DNA of 33,602 nt, from the NCBI GenBank assembly GCA_001803565.1, contig MHDQ01000011.1, positions 1 to 33,602 of the forward strand, in the 5' to 3' direction. The notes beneath the pieces are model-generated. The model had not been told where the DNA came from, made no database searches, and saw only the letters and a list, made by a program, of their open reading frames with translations. The DNA comes from Nitrospinae bacterium RIFCSPLOWO2_12_FULL_45_22 (GTDB lineage: Bacteria; 2-12-FULL-45-22). The position numbers were made by a program, and so were the translations under genes. Below are positions 19,662-28,284 of this stretch, in pieces (positions within the stretch are counted from its first letter, which is position 1; every line of letters starts with the position of its first letter).

Positions 19662-22100
19662 ATGTTTAAGAAATTTACCGAAAGAGCCAGGAGGGTGATT
19701 ATCTTAGCAAGAGAAGAGGCAGAGCGTTATAACCATGAATATTTAGGAACCGAGCATATCCTTCTAGGGGTACTGAAGGATGGTGGGGGGATTGCTATTA
19801 CCGTCCTGCAAAAGAGCGGAGTTAATCTAGATCGCCTTAATTTGGAGATAAAGAAAACTCTTCCCCATAGCTCTCCCCATACTGTAGGTACTGAGATACC
19901 CTTTTCGCCTCGGGCTAAAAAGGTGTTAGAATTCGCTGTCGAAGAAGCCAAGGCCATGGGGCATAACTATATCGGTACCGAGCATATATTGCTAGGGCTT
20001 ATTAAAGAGAAAGATGGCATGGCATCAAAAGTACTGATCAGTATGGGGGTAAAATTTTCTCAGGCCAGAGAATATACCTTGAATCTCCTGCAGGAGCCCT
20101 TTAGTCCCTCTAAGGAACGGGAAAAGACCCCGGCTTTGGATGAGTTTAGCCGGGACCTTACTGAATTAGCCATGGAGGGTAAGCTTGACCCGGTCATTGG
20201 CCGAGAAAAGGAAATAGAACGCGTTATCCAAATACTTAGCCGGAGGACCAAAAATAACCCGGTCCTTATCGGGGAACCAGGCGTGGGAAAGACGGCTATT
20301 GTAGAGGGACTGGCCCAGATGATCGTCACTAAAGACTTGCCTCAGTGCCTATACGATAAACGGGTAATGGCGCTGGACTTAGGGGCCCTCGTGGCTGGCA
20401 CTAAGTACCGGGGCCAATTCGAGGCCCGGTTAAAGGCCATAATGAAAGAGATAACCCAGGCAGAAAATATTATCCTGTTTATTGATGAGCTCCATACCCT
20501 GGTAGGAGCAGGAGCAGCCGAAGGGTCTATTGATGCCTCCAATATGTTGAAGCCAGCTTTGTCCAGGGGGGAACTACAATGTGTAGGGGCTACTACCCTT
20601 TCGGAATATAGAAAATATATCGAAAAGAATGGTGCCTTAGAAAGGAGGTTTCAGCCTATCATTGTAGACCCACCTACAGTAGAAGAGACCATAGAGATTA
20701 TAAGAGGGCTAAAGAATAAGTATGAAGAGCATCATCAAGCCAAGTTTATGGATGAGGCTGTTGTAACCGCCGTGCGCCTGGCGGATAGATACATCTCTGA
20801 TAGGTACTTGCCCGATAAAGCTATTGATGTGGTAGATGAAGCAGGGTCCAGGGCCCGGCTTAACCGCTCCACCCTGCCTCCCGAGATTCGGGGAATCCAG
20901 CGGGAGATCGAACAGGTGGTATGGGAGAAGAGAAGGGCTATTGAAAAACAGGAGTTTGAAAAGGCCGTAGAGCTGAGAGACAACGAAGAGAGACTGAGGA
21001 GACAATTGCAGGTCTTGAAGGAAGAATGGGATGAAAGACAAGACGATTCTATACCGATTGTTAGCTGCGAAGATATGGCCTTTGTAGTTGCCAGGATGAC
21101 TGGCATACCGGTAACTAATATAAAGGAAGCCGACTCCCATCGGCTACTAAACATGGAAGAAGAATTACATAAAAAGGTCGTGGGGCAGGACGAGGCTATA
21201 GAGATTATTACTAAGGCTATCAGGCGCGCCCGGGCGGGCTTCAGAGACCGTAATAAACCCATCGGCTCCTTTATGTTCCTGGGGCCAAGTGGTGTAGGGA
21301 AGACCCATCTGTCCCGTATCTTAGCCCAATTCCTCTTTGGTAACGAAAACGCCTTGATACGGCTGGATATGTCGGAATATATGGAGAGGTTCAATATTTC
21401 CCGTTTAACCGGGGCACCCCCGGGCTATGTGGGCTATGACGAAGGTGGGCAATTAACTGAGCAGATTCGACGAAAGCCTTATTCAGTTGTGCTCCTTGAT
21501 GAGATTGAAAAGGCCCACCCTGATGTATTCAATATCTTACTCCAGGTAATGGATAATGGCCGGCTGACTGATAGTTATGGGCGGGTAGTAGACTTCAAAA
21601 ACACGGTAATTATTATGACTTCTAATATCAGTGCCCGTAACATAGAGAAAGGGGCCTCTTTAGGCTTCCAAAGGACTGAGGAAAAAGATAGCCTGGATAG
21701 GATGAAAGAAAATATCAACTCTGAATTGAAAAAAATGTTCAACCCTGAATTCTTAAACCGGTTGGATGGTACAGTAGTTTTCCACCCCTTGAATAAAGAA
21801 CATATGATCAAGATCGTAGAGGTTATGCTGGGCGAGGTAGAGAATCAACTGAAAGAACAAGGTTATTCCCTAGAGGTTGATCAGGTGGCTAAGGAGTGGT
21901 TAGCTACCGAAGGTTATTCCCTCACCTCGGGTGCTCGGCCCCTTCGGAGGGCTATCCAAAAATATATCGAGGACCCATTAGCAGAAGAAGTTTTGAGAGG
22001 TAGGTTTAAAGAAGGGGATATAGTATATATTAGGCTCGAGGGCGACCGACTGGTCTTTGCCGAAAAGGAAGAGCCGGTTTTGTCCCCCTCCGATTTTTAA
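19662..22100 (+). CDS. clpC: ATP-dependent Clp protease ATP-binding subunit ClpC
   Basis: Two Clp-N repeats (GTEHILLG), Walker A GEPGVGKT and [11 protein letters not shown]-like middle motif [14 protein letters not shown] ClpP-docking loop. Confidence 0.93.
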   Translation: MFKKFTERARRVIILAREEAERYNHEYLGTEHILLGVLKDGGGIAITVLQKSGVNLDRLNLEIKKTLPHSSPHTVGTEIPFSPRAKKVLEFAVEEAKAMGHNYIGTEHILLGLIKEKDGMASKVLISMGVKFSQAREYTLNLLQEPFSPSKEREKTPALDEFSRDLTELAMEGKLDPVIGREKEIERVIQILSRRTKNNPVLIGEPGVGKTAIVEGLAQMIVTKDLPQCLYDKRVMALDLGALVAGTKYRGQFEARLKAIMKEITQAENIILFIDELHTLVGAGAAEGSIDASNMLKPALSRGELQCVGATTLSEYRKYIEKNGALERRFQPIIVDPPTVEETIEIIRGLKNKYEEHHQAKFMDEAVVTAVRLADRYISDRYLPDKAIDVVDEAGSRARLNRSTLPPEIRGIQREIEQVVWEKRRAIEKQEFEKAVELRDNEERLRRQLQVLKEEWDERQDDSIPIVSCEDMAFVVARMTGIPVTNIKEADSHRLLNMEEELHKKVVGQDEAIEIITKAIRRARAGFRDRNKPIGSFMFLGPSGVGKTHLSRILAQFLFGNENALIRLDMSEYMERFNISRLTGAPPGYVGYDEGGQLTEQIRRKPYSVVLLDEIEKAHPDVFNILLQVMDNGRLTDSYGRVVDFKNTVIIMTSNISARNIEKGASLGFQRTEEKDSLDRMKENINSELKKMFNPEFLNRLDGTVVFHPLNKEHMIKIVEVMLGEVENQLKEQGYSLEVDQVAKEWLATEGYSLTSGARPLRRAIQKYIEDPLAEEVLRGRFKEGDIVYIRLEGDRLVFAEKEEPVLSPSDF

Positions 22101-22204
22101 CCAGTAGAACGTTTCTTAATTAGCATGTCATCTCGACCGAAGGGAGAGATCAAGGTGTTATGGACAGGGCAAAGCGATCCGTGTCCCTACATCTTTGCAG
22201 AAAT
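22101..22204. repeat. Degenerate composite palindromic element
   Basis: Begins CCAGTAGAACGTTTC (cf. CCAGTAGATCATCTC at 29661); contains TGTCATCTCGACCGAAGGGAGAGATC (cf. 2249) and a GTAG-type REP half ...CCGTGTCCCTAC. Confidence 0.5.
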
Positions 22205-22231
22205 TAGAATCAGTTTGGTATAAAACACTTT

Positions 22232-22439
22232 GTAACCGTTCAGCCACCAAGGCACTAAGTCACCAAGGCATGAAGGGAGTCGAGCAAGCTCGACCACTAC
22301 AAGCTTTTTTGTAGGCTGTAGTGGCAGAGCTTGCTCTGCATAGGGCCTGCAGCGTATGTCATACACCGGATAAATGATCGTATCTCTTGGTGCCTTCGTG
22401 TCTTTGTGGCTGATAAAGCTTAGCCGGGTGAACGGTTAA
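22232..22439. mobile_element. MITE (family B) with perfect 8-bp target-site duplication
   Basis: TIR GTAACCGTTCA/TGAACGGTTAA; AACACTTT at 22224-22231 and 22440-22447; cargo of nonamer arms (CACCAAGG/CTTGGTG) and two GTAG-type REP hairpins. Confidence 0.85.
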
Positions 22440-22463
22440 AACACTTTTTAGGAGGAAGGTCTT

Positions 22464-24818
22464 ATGAAGATAAGGGGGTTGGGTAGTAAGGGTATCTTTT
22501 TTGTATTTATTTTAGTTATAAGCCTACTGATACAGACTATCAGTGTCAAATCATCTGAACCACCAGAAATAACCAGCATTGAGATTAAGGGGAATAAGAG
22601 GATAGAAGACTCGGCCATCAAATATATGCTGGAGAGTAAGGTAGGGGATAGTTATTCTCCGGCAAAAGTCCGCAAGGACATTGCTAAGTTGTATGACTCA
22701 GGCTATTTCGCCGATGTGAAGATTGATCTTGTTTCTCAGGGACAGGGGATACAATTGGTCTATTCTGTAGCAGAAAGGGCTATTGTAGAAAGGGTTGTGA
22801 TTATCGGGAATAAAGATGTAGAGAGTAAGGATATAGAAGAGAAATTAGGTGTTGAGCCCCATTCAGTCCTGGATCAGGCCAGTATTAGCACTGGTGTCCA
22901 AAACATAAATAACCTATATCAGGAGAAGGGGTTTTACCTGACAGAAGTAGCGCCCGTAATAAAAGAGATGGTGGGGAATCAAGTAAGGCTGGAGATAAAA
23001 ATTATAGAAGGAAAGAAGTTTAAGATAGGCAAGATAGAATTCGTGGGTAATAAAGTCTTTTCGGACAAGAAGCTGAAAAAAGCTATCGAGACCAGGGAAA
23101 AAGGCCTGATCTCTTCTATCTTTGGCCGGGACCTTTATCGGCCAGCCCTGATTAAAGACGACCTTTTGCGGCTACAGGTCTTTTATGGTGACCATGGCTA
23201 TATAGATGCCCGGGCAGAACTCCTCCCGATGAAAATCGACCGCACTACGGAAAAGGTAAATCTAAAGATATTGGTTAAGGAGGAGGAGCAATACCGCATA
23301 GGCAAAATAGATCTTCAGGGTGAAGATGGTGTATATACCACTAAAGACCTGGCCGTGGGGTTAAGATCTAAATCCGGTAATATCTTCAGCCGGGCTAACC
23401 TCAAAGACGATGTGCAGTTTTTAACCGACGCTTATACCTTAAAAGGTTTTGCCTTTACTGAGGTGGAACCCCTCACTAACATTGATAAGCACAAAAAGAG
23501 AATAAATATAGCCTTTACTATTGATAAAAGCGAAAAGATGTATATTGGCCAGATAAATATTAAAGGAAATACCAAGACCAGGGATAAGATCATCAGGCGA
23601 GAGATACCTTTGAATGAAGGAGAGATATATAATAGCCAGCTCTTGACGGCCAGCAAAGAGAGGCTGAAGGCCCTCGGGTATTTTGAAGAGGTAGAGGTAA
23701 AGAATGAGAGGCGTAGGGGAGGAGATAGATTAATGGATATAGATGTTGACCTGACAGAAAAACCTACGGGCAACCTCTCTTTTGGGGGTGGTTTTAGTAC
23801 CAGCTCTAGCCTCCTGGGGACGGTTGGGATTGAGCAGAACAACCTCTTTGGTACCGGCTTGCGGGCCAATATAGGGGGACAGCTCGGCGGTTATCGAAGC
23901 CGATACGGTATCGGCTTGACCCAGCCCTATCTATTCGATTATCCGGTCTCCAGCTCTCTGAACCTGTATAACCGTATCTATGGCTATCCCAATTATGATG
24001 TGGACCGTAAGGGGAGCGAGGTTTCCCTGAATAAGAATCTGTTCGAGTTTGTTAGTGGCAGTATTGGAACCAAATACGAATGGGTAAACCTAAAAGATAT
24101 AGAGCATGATGCCCCGGCCTATATTAGGGAAGAGAATGACCGGAATAGCGTTAGCAGCTTAATCCTGGGCCTTAGCCGTAATACCTACGACAATCCTATG
24201 TTTCCCGAATTCGGTAGTAATATTTTTGTCTCTACTGAGTTAGCTGGCGGACTCAGCGATGATTCTTTTTATAAGAGCGATATAGGAGTCAGTAAGTTCT
24301 TCTCCTTATCCCCTATGAAAAGAGTCCTCCCCCTCTTACTAACCGAGAACCTTACCTTAAGGTTACGAGGTAATCTAGGTTATGCCTCAGGCTGGGGCCA
24401 GGATTTACCGGTTTATGAACGTTACTATCTGGGTGGTGATACTTCCTTGCGGGGTTATGATTTCCAGGAGGTTGGCCCCAAAGGAGAGAATGGCGATGCT
24501 GTGGGTGGTGATGCTTCATTCCTGGGCGGTGCGGAATTATACTTCCCTATACCCATGAAGCTGCCCTATGTAAAGGTCTTGAAAGGGGTTGGCTTCTTCG
24601 ATGTAGGTGATGTGTTTGCCCGAGGAGATGTGGCAAAAGCCATTGACCTATTCTCTCAGAGGAAGAGCACCGGTTTAGGTATAAGGGTAGGGACCCCTAT
24701 GGGCCCAGTACGGCTTGATTGGGCCTATAAGCTGGATAAAGGAGATCAAAGAGATAGGTATGATGAGGAGGAAGATAAGAGGACTAGGTGGCATTTTGGC
24801 TTTGGATCATCTTATTAG
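22464..24818 (+). CDS. bamA: Outer membrane protein assembly factor BamA
   Basis: Signal peptide, POTRA repeats (IKGNKRI, IIGNKDV, FVGNKVFS, IKGNTKTRDKIIRRE), LGGDTSLRGY loop, TPMGPVRLDWA. Confidence 0.95.
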   Translation: MKIRGLGSKGIFFVFILVISLLIQTISVKSSEPPEITSIEIKGNKRIEDSAIKYMLESKVGDSYSPAKVRKDIAKLYDSGYFADVKIDLVSQGQGIQLVYSVAERAIVERVVIIGNKDVESKDIEEKLGVEPHSVLDQASISTGVQNINNLYQEKGFYLTEVAPVIKEMVGNQVRLEIKIIEGKKFKIGKIEFVGNKVFSDKKLKKAIETREKGLISSIFGRDLYRPALIKDDLLRLQVFYGDHGYIDARAELLPMKIDRTTEKVNLKILVKEEEQYRIGKIDLQGEDGVYTTKDLAVGLRSKSGNIFSRANLKDDVQFLTDAYTLKGFAFTEVEPLTNIDKHKKRINIAFTIDKSEKMYIGQINIKGNTKTRDKIIRREIPLNEGEIYNSQLLTASKERLKALGYFEEVEVKNERRRGGDRLMDIDVDLTEKPTGNLSFGGGFSTSSSLLGTVGIEQNNLFGTGLRANIGGQLGGYRSRYGIGLTQPYLFDYPVSSSLNLYNRIYGYPNYDVDRKGSEVSLNKNLFEFVSGSIGTKYEWVNLKDIEHDAPAYIREENDRNSVSSLILGLSRNTYDNPMFPEFGSNIFVSTELAGGLSDDSFYKSDIGVSKFFSLSPMKRVLPLLLTENLTLRLRGNLGYASGWGQDLPVYERYYLGGDTSLRGYDFQEVGPKGENGDAVGGDASFLGGAELYFPIPMKLPYVKVLKGVGFFDVGDVFARGDVAKAIDLFSQRKSTGLGIRVGTPMGPVRLDWAYKLDKGDQRDRYDEEEDKRTRWHFGFGSSY

Positions 24819-24836
24819 AGAAAGGAGTAAAAAAAT

Positions 24837-25394
24837 ATGGGGGGCTTAATCAAATATGCTAAACCAATAACATTTCTGCTGATTTTTCTATTACCGAATG
24901 TGTATTGGGGGATAAAATATGCCTCCAGTACAGAACCGGTACCATCTCTTAAGCTGGGTTATGTGGACCTGCAACGGGCAGCCCGCGAGTCTATTGCTGG
25001 TAAAAGGGCCTTTGATGAATTAAAAGGCGAGTTTACGAAAAAACAGTCTATTATTGATAGCAAGCAGCAAGAGATCGAAGCCCTCCAGAATGAGATCACT
25101 AAAAAGGCATCAGTCCTGGCGGAAGAGAGTAAGAAAGAAAAAGAAGAACTATATATGAGTAAAATGAAGGACTTGAAAAGGTTTGTAGATGACTCTAATC
25201 AGGAGCTGGATAACCAGGAGAAGGAGTTGACCAAGAAGATACTGATCGAGTTGATAAAGGTTATTGATAAACTGGGTCAAGAACAGCAATATACCTTGAT
25301 TATGGAACGGCAAGAAGGTTTGTTGTATGCCTCTAAGAGTATAGATTTGACCGAGGAAGTTATGAAACGATATGACCAGTTGAAACGGAATTAG
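24837..25394 (+). CDS. skp: Periplasmic chaperone Skp/OmpH
   Basis: KLGYVDLQRA, long coiled coil, LLYASKSIDLTEEV; position after bamA. Confidence 0.92.
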   Translation: MGGLIKYAKPITFLLIFLLPNVYWGIKYASSTEPVPSLKLGYVDLQRAARESIAGKRAFDELKGEFTKKQSIIDSKQQEIEALQNEITKKASVLAEESKKEKEELYMSKMKDLKRFVDDSNQELDNQEKELTKKILIELIKVIDKLGQEQQYTLIMERQEGLLYASKSIDLTEEVMKRYDQLKRN

Positions 25395-25518
25395 TAAGCG
25401 TTCAGCAATCAGCAAAATTAGGTGATTACGTGATTAGGTCAGGGGGTCATTACGTAAACCGATAACTCAATAACCTAATGACCCAATGACCTAATAACCG
25501 TTGTTGCTGAAAGCTTAT
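25394..25518. mobile_element. MITE-like element (family B) with octamer palindromic cargo
   Basis: GTAAGCGTTCAGCAA ... TTGCTGAAAGCTTAT; interior GTGATTAC/GTGATTAG versus CAATAACC/TAATGACC/CAATGACC units also seen near 14650-14725. Confidence 0.7.
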
Positions 25519-25524
25519 CAGATT

Positions 25525-26547
25525 ATGAAATTAAAAGAGATAGCAGATTTTTTGGCGGGAGAGCTAAGAGGGCATCCAGAGATAGAGATTTCTAGTGTTG
25601 CCAGTATCACGGAAGCCCAATCCCACCAAATAACCTTTCTTGCCCATAAGAAACACCTTGATCGCCTCTCCCATTGCCAGGCCGGTGCCATTATTGTACC
25701 AGACGGGATAGAACCAGCACTGCCCCATATAAAAGTAAAAAATCCTTATTTAGCCTTTGCCTATCTCCTGGAGCTTTTCTATCCAAAACCCAGGCCAATG
25801 CCGGAGATAAGCCCCTTGTCTTATATCGGACCAAATACTCTGATAGGGGAAGGGGTTACTGTCTTTCCCTATGTCTATATCGGGGAAGAGGCAGTTATTG
25901 GACATCACTCCATCATTTATCCTGGCGCCTTTCTCGGAGACCGGGTAAAGATAGGATCGGAAACCACCATCTATGCCAACGTAAGTATCTATGATGCTGT
26001 GTCTATAGGTAATAATGTAATCATCCATAGTGGGGCAGTTATAGGCAGCGATGGTTTTGGCTTTGTAAAAAAAGACGATGGCACCCACCATAAAATTCCC
26101 CAGATAGGTAGCGTAGTCATTGAAGACTGGGTAGAGATTGGGGCTAATGTCTGTATAGATCGGGCCAATCTGGGGCAGACGGTCATCAAGTCAGGCACAA
26201 AATTCGATAACCTGAGTCATATTGCCCATAATGTAGTAATTGGTGAAAACTCTATCATTGTTGCCCAGGTAGGTATCTCAGGTAGCTGTACTATCGGTAA
26301 GAACGTAACCCTGGCCGGTCAGGTAGGTATGGTAGACCACATAAATATTGGCGATAACGCCATCGTCATAGCCCAGTCTGGTTTAACCCAGGATGTAGAG
26401 GCTAATGCTGTAGTCTCAGGCTCACCCGCTGTACCTCACCCGGTATGGCTTAAGATACATGCCAGTCTCCCCAAATTGCCAGAATTGATCAGAACTATCC
26501 GGCAATTAGAGAAGCGGATAGAAGCACTAGAAGGCGAGAGGAGGTGA
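25525..26547 (+). CDS. lpxD: UDP-3-O-(3-hydroxyacyl)glucosamine N-acyltransferase
   Basis: MKLKEIADFLAGEL, NPYLAFA, hexapeptide repeats, GSDGFGF, KIPQIG, DNLSHIAHNV; the upstream TTG 25501 lies within the MITE. Confidence 0.95.
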   Translation: MKLKEIADFLAGELRGHPEIEISSVASITEAQSHQITFLAHKKHLDRLSHCQAGAIIVPDGIEPALPHIKVKNPYLAFAYLLELFYPKPRPMPEISPLSYIGPNTLIGEGVTVFPYVYIGEEAVIGHHSIIYPGAFLGDRVKIGSETTIYANVSIYDAVSIGNNVIIHSGAVIGSDGFGFVKKDDGTHHKIPQIGSVVIEDWVEIGANVCIDRANLGQTVIKSGTKFDNLSHIAHNVVIGENSIIVAQVGISGSCTIGKNVTLAGQVGMVDHINIGDNAIVIAQSGLTQDVEANAVVSGSPAVPHPVWLKIHASLPKLPELIRTIRQLEKRIEALEGERR

Positions 26548-26553
26548 GGGAAA

Positions 26554-26616
26554 ATGAAGATTAAGAAGGTAGTTAAAACTTCCAATGGCCTTTGTAAGTG
26601 CAAGAGCTCCTGTTAA
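26554..26616 (+). CDS. Putative RiPP precursor peptide, 20 aa MKIKKVVKTSNGLCKCKSSC
   Basis: SD AGGAGGTGA (26539-26547) 6 nt before ATG; Lys-rich N-half, C-terminal CxCxxxC; upstream of a radical SAM/SPASM gene; below the ORF-track size cutoff. Confidence 0.75.
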   Translation: MKIKKVVKTSNGLCKCKSSC

Positions 26617-26620
26617 CTTA

Positions 26621-26714
26621 GCCACAGAGGGCACAGAGAATAAATTTAGAGTGTTTCGCCACTAATGCTCCTCTTATTTTCTATCATCTCTGTGCTCTCT
26701 GGGTACTCTGTGGC
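26621..26714. repeat. Nonamer-type stem-loop between peptide gene and downstream genes
   Basis: GCCACAGAGGGCACAGAGA ... TCTCTGTGCTCTCTGGGTACTCTGTGGC inverted arms. Confidence 0.7.
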
Positions 26715-26761
26715 AAGAAATTAAAGGTATTTCTACAAAAGAATAATTAATAAAGTTTCCT

Positions 26762-27136
26762 ATGCGAGCGCAGAAAAAGCTGAGAAATTTGGTCTGCCAG
26801 AGATATTGCTTCTTTTTTAAACCTGATAGAAAAGAGGATTTGGCCTGTGAAGGCATTCTCTTCCTGGAAAAAGGTTTAGAGAAGGGGTTACTAAGCTGGG
26901 AACTCCTATCCGCCCTATATTATCCTATCCCATTCCTTCAAGAATACCCTTTTGACTCGATACTAAAGACAAGATTATGTCACTTATGTCCATTCTTACC
27001 GGATGGGTGTGATTTTAGAGATCAGACCTCATTGACCAGCGCCCCTCCTTGTGGTGGATATTTGATCCTACAAAATTTAATACAACTGGGTTTGCTTGAC
27101 CCCGCCCTACTTATGCTCATCAGGCCCACAGAGTAA
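26762..27136 (+). CDS. Cys-rich hypothetical protein coupled to the radical SAM gene
   Basis: 124 aa, 7 Cys: Cx3Cx12C and Cx2Cx6Cx13C; stop overlaps the next ATG (TAATG). Confidence 0.8.
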   Translation: MRAQKKLRNLVCQRYCFFFKPDRKEDLACEGILFLEKGLEKGLLSWELLSALYYPIPFLQEYPFDSILKTRLCHLCPFLPDGCDFRDQTSLTSAPPCGGYLILQNLIQLGLLDPALLMLIRPTE

Positions 27137-28284
27137 TGGATGGGTTTATCCGTATAGCAGATCATTGCACCCTGAAACAACTGGAAGATTTCTATCTGTA
27201 TGATATACGGGCGGATGATTTATACCAGTTGGATCAGGAAGCAGCAAAATTCTTACTACTTTGTGACGGGACTAAACGGCTTGCAGAATTAAAGGCCGAT
27301 CCCGAATTTATCAGATATTGTCTGGAAAATGGGTTAATAGAACTCCATCCTGCTCCTCAGCCTAAAACTATAAGAATTTCCCCATCGCCTAAGCCTTCAT
27401 TACGTTATCTAGAACTGCAACTAACCCATCGCTGTAATCTCCAGTGTCACCATTGCTATTTAGGAGAGTCTCGCCCTATAGATTTAGATTTTAGTTTAGC
27501 AGTGAATATTATGGAAGAATTTCAGACTATCCAGGGCCTACGGATTATCCTCTCTGGCGGTGAGCCGCTCCTCTATCCCCGTTTCCGGGAACTTAACGAA
27601 CTATTACCAGCTTATGCCTTCCGGAAAGTCCTCCTGAGTAATGCCACCCTACTAACACCTGAGCTGACCCGAAGTTTAAAGGTAGATGAAGTGCAGATAA
27701 GCTTAGATGGTCTGGAGAGAGGGCATGAAGCCCTCAGGGGTTACGGGACATATAGTCGCACTATGAGGGGGTTGCAAGCCGTCCGATCTGCCGGCCTAGA
27801 CCTTTCTGTAGCTACTATGCTCCATCTTTATAATCTGAATGAAATCCCAGCGCTAGCTAAAAAGTTAACTACCTATGGTATAAAAGAATGGGGTATTGAT
27901 TTGCCCGTTGTTAAGGGGAGATTAGAACATAGCAAAGACCTAGCCTTGTCGGCCGAACAAGCGGCCCCTTATCTTAAATATCGCTTTGGGGAGAGTTATC
28001 ATAGCGATGCCGGGGGATACGCTTGTGGATATCATCTTTGTACCATTATGCCCGATAGCCGTGTGTGCCAATGCGGTTTTTATATGGATCGAGCTGTAGG
28101 CCATATCGAGGAAGGGTTAGCGAATTGCTGGCAGCGCATTGACCATATATCCTCAGCAAACCTGGAGTGTAAAGATTGTTCCTTTTTACCGGAATGTCGG
28201 AGTGGATGTCGCTACCGGGCTCCTAGCCCCAGCGGTCCCGACCCTCTGATGTGTGCCTTTTTTGGGGTAAGGAGTGATATTTAG
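27136..28284 (+). CDS. Radical SAM/SPASM enzyme with N-terminal PqqD-like (RRE) region; probable peptide maturase
   Basis: CNLQCHHC, SGGEPLL, QISLDG; SPASM ACGYHLC...VCQC and CKDCSFLPECRSGC-x14-C; N-terminal LYQLDQEAAKFLLLCDGTK...LENGLIE pattern. Confidence 0.88.
   Translation: MDGFIRIADHCTLKQLEDFYLYDIRADDLYQLDQEAAKFLLLCDGTKRLAELKADPEFIRYCLENGLIELHPAPQPKTIRISPSPKPSLRYLELQLTHRCNLQCHHCYLGESRPIDLDFSLAVNIMEEFQTIQGLRIILSGGEPLLYPRFRELNELLPAYAFRKVLLSNATLLTPELTRSLKVDEVQISLDGLERGHEALRGYGTYSRTMRGLQAVRSAGLDLSVATMLHLYNLNEIPALAKKLTTYGIKEWGIDLPVVKGRLEHSKDLALSAEQAAPYLKYRFGESYHSDAGGYACGYHLCTIMPDSRVCQCGFYMDRAVGHIEEGLANCWQRIDHISSANLECKDCSFLPECRSGCRYRAPSPSGPDPLMCAFFGVRSDI

Noticed and set aside
20735-21394. 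219-aa antisense ORF in clpC and similar antisense ORFs in lolC, bamA and uvrB
   Set aside because: Typical antisense shadows of conserved genes.
19662-22100. clpC embedded between lolD and bamA
   Set aside because: An arrangement I recall from several diderm lineages; not treated as novel.
26674-26856. 60-aa minus ORF near the peptide cassette as alternative precursor
   Set aside because: Antisense to the Cys-rich gene and translates the hairpin repeat; no RBS.
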